This document shows, piece after piece, positions 7,383 through 13,438 of a stretch of 34,424 bases of DNA (its first letter is position 1; each line of letters starts with the position of its first letter). The stretch spans positions 1 to 34,424 of the forward strand of contig JAAYQB010000115.1 in the NCBI GenBank assembly GCA_012519525.1, given 5' to 3'. Source of the stretch: Bacteroidales bacterium (lineage in GTDB: Bacteria > Bacteroidota > Bacteroidia > Bacteroidales > WCHB1-69). Below the pieces are notes generated by a model. That model was not told where the DNA came from and did not search any database. It saw only the letters and a program-made list of their open reading frames with translations. Position numbers and translations under genes: made by a program.

Positions 7383-7976
7383 ATGAAACAGTTCACATAC
7401 ATATTAACATTATTGCTTTTGGCAAGTTGCGGACAGCCGAAAGCCGAACAGGCAAGCACGACTGCTTCCGATACGACTACAACAGAGAGAGTTGACCTAA
7501 AAGATAGACTAAAACCAATTAAAGCGAATTTTAAGAGAATTAACGCTATTAGCAATTGGTGTTCCATTGAAACCGAAGAATTGTGGGAAACGACTGAAGG
7601 AGGAGAAGCAAAATTTTATTATCAAAAGGGGATATTAGAAAAAATTGTAACACACCACTATGGCGAAACATTTCAACTACTGACAGAATATTATTTACTG
7701 AACGGCGAACTTTCATTTGTTTTTGCAAAACACTACCAATACAATCGGCATGTATATTACGACTCAACAGCAATGATAGAAAACAATGATACTGAGGTGT
7801 TTGACGTTGAAAAATCGAAAATAACCGAAAAGAGAAGTTACTTTGAAAACGGAAAATTATTTCATCAAATCAATCAAGAGTCCGATTCACCGCTTACGGA
7901 CGACTATTTACTTCAAGAAGAAAAAGAAATAAAAACTTATTTTGACCAGCTTATTGGAATGACGAAAAAGAAATAA
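7383..7976 (+). CDS. Lipoprotein with MORN-variant / YwqK-like repeats (possible immunity-type protein)
   Basis: The track ORF begins at 7338, overlapping the previous gene. The Met at 7383 gives MKQFTYILTLLLLASC, a signal plus lipobox. There are three YYxxGxL-type elements: FYYQKGILEKI, EYYLLNGELSFVF and SYFENGKLFHQI. Confidence 0.55.
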   Translation: MKQFTYILTLLLLASCGQPKAEQASTTASDTTTTERVDLKDRLKPIKANFKRINAISNWCSIETEELWETTEGGEAKFYYQKGILEKIVTHHYGETFQLLTEYYLLNGELSFVFAKHYQYNRHVYYDSTAMIENNDTEVFDVEKSKITEKRSYFENGKLFHQINQESDSPLTDDYLLQEEKEIKTYFDQLIGMTKKK

Positions 7977-8058
7977 AAACCGAAAATCCGAATTTTCAAT
8001 TTTATAGTATCTCATAAATTTCATTATCGTGGCATATATGATGCCTTTGCATAGCACT

Positions 8059-9471
8059 TTATCTATTACTAAAACTATCCCAATCCCATGGTGCAGCGGT
8101 AGAATCACCTTTTATTGGTAAAGGAAATTTTGTTGCGTATCTACCTTCGCCGTATTCAGCATCGTAGCATTTCATTATTTTTTCTGCAGGCAAGTGACTT
8201 TCCGGATTGTATATTTTCTTTTCTTTATACAAGCGTTCTTGAATAGAAATAGCGTCTTGCGGTAAATCATTGAAAGGTCTGCATTCAGGATACACTTTGT
8301 CTATCAAAAACTCTATCATTTCTTGCGAATATTTTACACCATATAATTCGACACTTAGTTTAAATGTAATATGCTTAAAGATATCGTAAAAGTCCATATC
8401 GTAATACTTTTTCAGTTGTTTTAGTCTTACTTTAATTATTCCTGGCGATGTCTTTTGTGTTTCTCTAATCATTTCTGGTCTTTCTTCAAATGGATACATT
8501 GCCCATGGTTGTATTTCTTTAGCAAAAGAAACATAGGATAAGCTCCATATATACATATCGTCAATAATATCGTCCCATCTATCTTCAATGTTTCCATGTT
8601 TTGCTATTTGTGGCTTATATTGCCTTTCTATGCGTTCAAGAGTTATTTTCAATTCATCGGGATTTGGAATTTTTAGCTCTGATAATTCTGCTAATTTATC
8701 AAAAGCTTCTAATTTTTTATGTTCCATTTCTGTTGCAATAGTACCTTTTCCTAAGGCTTCTGCTATCCTTAATCTAAAAGCCATTCCTGCTCGCACCGCA
8801 GTATGTCCTTCTTCCATTAATTTATCTAAACCTTTTTCTATAAGCAATCGCAAAAAGCGTGGATATGTCATGCCGGGTTCTTCGCCAAGAGCAATAGCCT
8901 TTTCAATTGGTGCTACAAGTAAATCATCGCGAAACATTTTGTCAACCTCAACATCATTCTTGTGCATATTAGGTTTATCTTTTAATTCTTCATCAATTTC
9001 TTTAAAAGCCTCTTCTTTTTTATATTTTATTAGCGAATCAGATAACTTGATTTTAGAATGCTGTTTCAAATAATCAATTTGGCTGCTTGCATTTGCCTTT
9101 GCATCAAAACTTCTAGCCATTTCTATAGTTTTTTGTTTTTCTTCTTTGATTTTTTTTATTGTATCTCTTAATGCGTCTAAATATCTTTTCAGCAGCATAG
9201 CATCGCTATTATCATCTGAACCTGAAGATTGAGAACTTTTTATTAATACATTGGTGTAGTGAGTACTGAATTTTAAATAAAGGTCTTCTTTGAGCATTTC
9301 CATGCTAAAAGCAGTCATATCATCATGTTTTTGTGCTAAGTCTTCCATTCTGGTTAGAATTTGGCACATTATATCAAAATCTTCGCCACTCACATTGGCT
9401 TCTTTGCATTCCCGAACCATTTTTCTATAAGGCGAAAGCATTGGATCGAGCATTAATGGGTCTATTGGCAT
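8059..9471 (-). CDS. Hypothetical cytoplasmic protein, 470 aa, no recognisable domain
   Basis: Long uninterrupted ORF. The antisense 161-aa ORF at 8588-9073 is a shadow. Charged and helical composition. No signal peptide, TM segment, Walker A, nuclease or HTH motif seen by eye. It lies downstream of the 218-aa ORF, 10 nt apart. Confidence 0.7.
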   Translation of the reverse strand: MPIDPLMLDPMLSPYRKMVRECKEANVSGEDFDIMCQILTRMEDLAQKHDDMTAFSMEMLKEDLYLKFSTHYTNVLIKSSQSSGSDDNSDAMLLKRYLDALRDTIKKIKEEKQKTIEMARSFDAKANASSQIDYLKQHSKIKLSDSLIKYKKEEAFKEIDEELKDKPNMHKNDVEVDKMFRDDLLVAPIEKAIALGEEPGMTYPRFLRLLIEKGLDKLMEEGHTAVRAGMAFRLRIAEALGKGTIATEMEHKKLEAFDKLAELSELKIPNPDELKITLERIERQYKPQIAKHGNIEDRWDDIIDDMYIWSLSYVSFAKEIQPWAMYPFEERPEMIRETQKTSPGIIKVRLKQLKKYYDMDFYDIFKHITFKLSVELYGVKYSQEMIEFLIDKVYPECRPFNDLPQDAISIQERLYKEKKIYNPESHLPAEKIMKCYDAEYGEGRYATKFPLPIKGDSTAAPWDWDSFSNR

Positions 9472-9481
9472 AATTTTATTT

Positions 9482-10138
9482 TTAAAGGTTAATAATAGAT
9501 TTGTACTGAGCGATTTTTTCTTTTATATGCTCATCTTTATATGGAAGATGGCGTTTATGGCGATGCTCCATTATAATGTCAGGATTATGTTCCCATTTTT
9601 CTGTAAGATTTTTTAAAAGTTCTTTTTCATCTTTATAGGAAGAAATAATAATTTCTTTTACTAAATCAACTATTTTCATAAAATAGCTTTTATACTCGCT
9701 TGGCACTTCAGCATTTGAATAAATATCAATTTCATCTAATTGTTTCCAACAATCAATAAATATTTGGTTGGATTCGTCTAGTTGTACATCTATCATGTTG
9801 CTAGTTTCAGTTTCGTTTACAAAAACCATTGCCTCATCTATATCCTGATACTCGTCTATTTTTTCCAAAACCCTTTCCGAAGCCTTTACTCGCACAACCT
9901 CCTCAAACTCACTCAGCATTTTATTTTCCATTATATATCTATCTTTTATCAAAGCTATTCCGCATAAGTGATTTAAATTTCCTAATTTGTCTTTAAATTC
10001 TTCCAAAGTATTACAACTTTGTATAGCTTCAGAGAGCTTTTTTTCAGCTTCGTAGCTGTTTTTGTAATTAGGATTATTAGCATACCGCTTTGCTCTTACG
10101 GCATAATATTCCTTATACTCTTGTAATAAATCTGACAT
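9482..10138 (-). CDS. Hypothetical cytoplasmic protein, 218 aa, no recognisable domain
   Basis: First gene of a two-gene minus-strand operon. Acidic, helical composition with no motif recognised. A promoter box lies 62 nt upstream. Confidence 0.7.
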   Translation of the reverse strand: MSDLLQEYKEYYAVRAKRYANNPNYKNSYEAEKKLSEAIQSCNTLEEFKDKLGNLNHLCGIALIKDRYIMENKMLSEFEEVVRVKASERVLEKIDEYQDIDEAMVFVNETETSNMIDVQLDESNQIFIDCWKQLDEIDIYSNAEVPSEYKSYFMKIVDLVKEIIISSYKDEKELLKNLTEKWEHNPDIIMEHRHKRHLPYKDEHIKEKIAQYKSIINL

Positions 10139-10199
10139 ATTGTTAACGTTTTACATTTAATAATTTTGCTTTTTTTTAAGTATTTCCAACATTTTTTTG

Positions 10200-10207
10200 C
10201 AAAGTTA
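10200..10207 (-). promoter_or_regulatory. Bacteroidetes -7 promoter box (TAACTTTG on the minus strand) for the 218/470-aa operon
   Basis: The plus strand reads caaagtta, the reverse complement of TAnnTTTG. It lies 62 nt upstream of the start codon at 10138. Confidence 0.45.
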
Positions 10208-10314
10208 GTAATTTATTTTGAATTTACACCCTTTTTACAATTTGAATTAAAAAAAAACAACAATATTTTTTAGGTAGTTTTTATTTTTTTATCAAACGAT
10301 AAAGAATTTATTTA

Positions 10315-10322
10315 TATATTTG
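10315..10322 (+). promoter_or_regulatory. Bacteroidetes -7 promoter box (TATATTTG) for the small-ORF/MTase/REase operon
   Basis: TAnnTTTG match, 86 nt upstream of the ATG at 10408, within the 269-bp AT-rich divergent intergenic region. Confidence 0.45.
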
Positions 10323-10407
10323 CAAAAAAAATAAACTTATTTAAAATGAAGAAAACGATTCTACACAGGGTGCATTGCAGGATTGAATAAACTAAAAATA
10401 TAATCAA

Positions 10408-10611
10408 ATGGATATAACGCAATCAAATGAAATTCTTTTGTCTATTACAGTTGAAGACTTGCAATCAGAAGCAATAGAGAAAATAGGAAGAAAATTAAAT
10501 GATGATGAAATTCGTATTGCAAAAAAGGGATTGGAAAACGGATTGCTTACAAACATAGATGTTGTTTATTCAACAATTTTTAATGAGATGATTGATTATG
10601 AAAGAAATTAA
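10408..10611 (+). CDS. Small (67 aa) protein of unknown function, first gene of the RM operon
   Basis: The ORF overlaps the methyltransferase start by 20 nt, suggesting translational coupling. It sits where a controller (C) protein would, but I see no obvious Xre-type HTH. Confidence 0.5.
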   Translation: MDITQSNEILLSITVEDLQSEAIEKIGRKLNDDEIRIAKKGLENGLLTNIDVVYSTIFNEMIDYERN

Positions 10612-11461
10612 AACTGATATACTTGAAGGCGACAGCAAAGAAATCTTAAAAACTTTAGCTGATAATTCCATTGATTTAATCGTTACCTCACCGCCGTATG
10701 CCGACAGGCGAAAGCAAACTTATGGAGGTGTAAGTCCCGAACGTTATGTTGAATGGTTTTTACCCATAAGCAAAGAACTTTTAAGAGTTTTAAAACCTGA
10801 TGGAACTTTCATTTTAAATATTAAAGAGAAGGCTGAAAACGGTGAGCGTAATACTTATGTTATTGAATTAATTTTAGCTTTACGAAAACAAGGCTGGCTT
10901 TGGACTGAAGAATTTATTTGGCATAAAAAAAATTCATATCCGGGCAAGTGGCCTAATCGCTTTCGTGATGCTTGGGAAAGACTGTTACAGTTCAACAAAA
11001 CTAAAAAATTCAATATGTATCAAGATGAAGTAAAAGTGCCTGTTGGCGATTGGGCAAGCGGACGATTAAAAAATTTGAGTGAAACAGACAAAGTTAGAGA
11101 TAATTCAAAAAATGGAAGTGGTTTTGGAAAAAACATTTCTAATTGGGTAGGCAAAGAAACCGTTTATCCGAATAATGTTTTACATTTATCAACCGAATGT
11201 AACAATAAAAATCACAGCGCTGCATTTCCTGATGCTTTGCCTGAATGGTTTATAAAATTATTTACGAAAGAATACGACACGGTTTTAGACCCTTTTGCAG
11301 GTTCGGGAACAACATTAAGAGTAGCTAAAAATTTATATCGAAATTCCATCGGAATTGAAATTATGCCCGAATACATTGATATTATTAAACGTCAAATTCA
11401 GAAAAGAGAAATTTTATTATTTGAATCCAATACAGAATATGAAGCAATTAAATCTAAATGA
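10592..11461 (+). CDS. Beta-class N4-cytosine/N6-adenine DNA methyltransferase (N6_N4_Mtase type)
   Basis: Motif IV, DLIVTSPPYA (SPPY at 10688-10699), is N-terminal. Motif I, LDPFAGSGTT, is near the C-terminus, which is the beta permutation. SPPY rather than DPPY favours N4-cytosine. The start could instead be the ATG at 10598. Confidence 0.85.
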   Translation: MIMKEIKTDILEGDSKEILKTLADNSIDLIVTSPPYADRRKQTYGGVSPERYVEWFLPISKELLRVLKPDGTFILNIKEKAENGERNTYVIELILALRKQGWLWTEEFIWHKKNSYPGKWPNRFRDAWERLLQFNKTKKFNMYQDEVKVPVGDWASGRLKNLSETDKVRDNSKNGSGFGKNISNWVGKETVYPNNVLHLSTECNNKNHSAAFPDALPEWFIKLFTKEYDTVLDPFAGSGTTLRVAKNLYRNSIGIEIMPEYIDIIKRQIQKREILLFESNTEYEAIKSK

Positions 11462-12167
11462 AATAAATGAATATGTAGAAACCCATATTTCACATTTCCA
11501 TAATAAAAGACTTGAATATGTGCGTAATAAAATTGATTTAACAAAGATTTTAAAACAAAAAAATCCGTATCTATTTAAGGCTAAAAACATTATAGATGCA
11601 CATGATTTAATAAAAGGATTTTTAGATGCTTTTTTGCAATCGCAAGAAGAAACAATTTTTGGCAATTTTATAGAAGAATTGGCAATTTTTGTTTGCGATA
11701 AAGTTTACGATGGAAAAAAGTCGGAGTTAACGGGTTTAGACTTAGAATTTGAAAAAGACAATATAATCTATATTGTTGAAATTAAAGCAGGTTGGAATTG
11801 GGGTAATAGTAGTCAAATAAAACAATTGAAACTCAACTTTAACAATGCTAAAAAAATATTAAAAAAACAAACAGACAAAAAAATTATAGCTGTAAACGGT
11901 TGTTGTTTTGGAAAAGATAACAAACCTCAAAAAGAAGGATATTTAAAACTTTGCGGTCAAAGGTTTTGGGAATTAATTTCGGGAAATGAAAGACTATACA
12001 TTGATATTATTGAACCTATTGGGCATAATGCAAAACAAAAAAATGAAGAATTTTATAATGCTTATATTCAAGTAATAAATAATTTAACATTAGAATTTTC
12101 AAAAGATTTTTGTAATAATGGTGTTATTGATTGGGAAAAATTAATAAAATTTAACTCTGCAAAATAG
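11439..12167 (+). CDS. Putative type II restriction endonuclease, PD-(D/E)XK fold
   Basis: The Met at 11439 (MKQLNLNEINEYV) overlaps the methyltransferase end by 23 nt. The track start at 11355 lies deep inside the MTase gene. A candidate catalytic pattern is GLD(101)LEF...IVE(114)IK(116)AG. Its position directly after the MTase supports the call. Confidence 0.55.
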   Translation: MKQLNLNEINEYVETHISHFHNKRLEYVRNKIDLTKILKQKNPYLFKAKNIIDAHDLIKGFLDAFLQSQEETIFGNFIEELAIFVCDKVYDGKKSELTGLDLEFEKDNIIYIVEIKAGWNWGNSSQIKQLKLNFNNAKKILKKQTDKKIIAVNGCCFGKDNKPQKEGYLKLCGQRFWELISGNERLYIDIIEPIGHNAKQKNEEFYNAYIQVINNLTLEFSKDFCNNGVIDWEKLIKFNSAK

Positions 12168-12170
12168 TAA

Positions 12171-12245
12171 TAAAAAATAATATATCTTTGCAACCATAAA
12201 GATAAAGTTCTTTTTAAAATAAAAATATTAACAAATAAAAAAAAC
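12171..12245 (+). repeat. Cassette-junction repeat, copy E (promoter + type-a leader only; lacks the 5' module)
   Basis: Aligns to 2316-2390 of copy B: aaaaataatatatctttgcaaccataaagataaagttctttttaaaataaaaatattaacaaataaaaaaa versus aaaaaatgtatacttttgcaatcttaaagatgaagttcttttattaaaataaaaacattaataaataaaaaa. The -7 box TATCTTTG lies at 12183-12190. Confidence 0.75.
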
Positions 12246-12294
12246 TGTCCTAATATAGGGGGGCACTTAAGTAATCCGGATATTTTAAAAGATT

Positions 12295-13290
12295 ATGAGT
12301 ATTAATATTGAAAACTTTAATCAAGAAGTCAATTGTGTTTATAAAGAAGAACAATACTCCGTTCGAGATAATGGAGCTGTATTACGACACTCTCCTATAA
12401 ACAAACGAGCACGACCAACTGACAACAAATGGACTTTTGGAAAACTAAATATTAAGACAGGATATTTGGAAATTGCTTCGATTCGTATTCATAGAATAGT
12501 TGCAACCGCATTCCACGGTGAACCACCAACGAAAGAATACGTTGTTGACCACATAGACACTAACAAGCAAAATAATAGACCCGACAATCTACGTTGGGTA
12601 ACAAGATTAGAAAATGTTTTGCTTAACCCAATTACCGCAAGACGTATTGAAATTGTCTGTGGAAGCGTTGAAGCATTCCTTGCCGACCCTTCAAAATTTC
12701 GGGACAAATTCTCAGATCCAAACTATAAATGGATGTGTACTGTTAGTCCTGAAGAAGCGCAAGCAAGTAAAGAAAGATTATTGGATTGGGCAGAAAGTAA
12801 AAAACCATTACAAGGAGGTTCACTAGGCGAATGGATTTACAATCGAAGCAAGTCAAATCAAGTTGCTGACTATATTGAAGAAAAATTAGAATTTATAAAA
12901 TCCCTAACTCCAAATGCTGTACAAAAAGTCCGAAATTGGAAAACACCAAGTGAATTTCCTTGTTGTCCACAGGAAAACACTCACAATCCAATAGCTGACT
13001 ATAGTGCAAACTTAAATATAGGAAACGTATTTTCTCGAAACCAATATACGAGTTCAATTATTGAACGTTTTGCAATCTCCAAAGATGAAAAAACATTATG
13101 GATTATGTGCAAAAGTGGAGACGAAAACCCCATAAAACCTTATTCTTTAGCTGAGATAACCTATCAAAATAATGTTTTCGTTCATGATAGTCTTGGAACT
13201 TTTTTTGAGAAAGACGGAGCGGAAAAACAATTTACTCTTGCTCAAGGGTTTGAATGGACAGGAGTTGACACTATCGATGATTATTGTTAA
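12295..13290 (+). CDS. HNH (HNH_3 / homing-endonuclease-type) nuclease with an unknown C-terminal domain
   Basis: IHRIVATAFHGEPPTKEYVVDHIDTNKQNNRPDNLRWVTRLEN is a typical HNH_3 pattern, preceded by a NUMOD4-like N-terminus (YKEEQYSVRDNGAVL). The last ~190 aa are unassigned. Confidence 0.75.
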   Translation: MSINIENFNQEVNCVYKEEQYSVRDNGAVLRHSPINKRARPTDNKWTFGKLNIKTGYLEIASIRIHRIVATAFHGEPPTKEYVVDHIDTNKQNNRPDNLRWVTRLENVLLNPITARRIEIVCGSVEAFLADPSKFRDKFSDPNYKWMCTVSPEEAQASKERLLDWAESKKPLQGGSLGEWIYNRSKSNQVADYIEEKLEFIKSLTPNAVQKVRNWKTPSEFPCCPQENTHNPIADYSANLNIGNVFSRNQYTSSIIERFAISKDEKTLWIMCKSGDENPIKPYSLAEITYQNNVFVHDSLGTFFEKDGAEKQFTLAQGFEWTGVDTIDDYC

Positions 13291-13438
13291 AATGAAGTTT
13301 GAACAAAAAAAACCGAACCGCTAACACAGATTTCGCCTCAGACGAACTAATATGTAAATTAAACCCTTCAATACACTTACACCCCTACCCGCTCATTGAG
13401 CGATACTATCTCAAAAAAACATAATTTTTTAATTTTTC

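Noticed and set aside
8588-9073. A 161-aa plus-strand ORF inside the 470-aa minus-strand gene. Similar antisense or alternative-frame ORFs occur at 5-220, 1067-1273, 1761-2006, 3963-4351, 12489-12826, 13848-14252, 14951-15274, 17101-17648, 20178-20462, 21397-22271, 22623-22904, 25161-25773, 26420-26702, 28206-28403, 30702-31055, 32476-32990 and 33693-33965.
   Set aside because: Each lies entirely within, or antisense to, a longer ORF with clear protein-like or family-specific sequence. Their translations are low-complexity or Ser/Phe/Leu/Ile-rich, as expected for shadow frames in AT-rich DNA.
10346-10390. A 14-codon ORF (MKKTILHRVHCRIE) in the divergent intergenic region upstream of the RM operon.
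   Set aside because: It is too short and there is no supporting signal. It is probably just 5' leader sequence.
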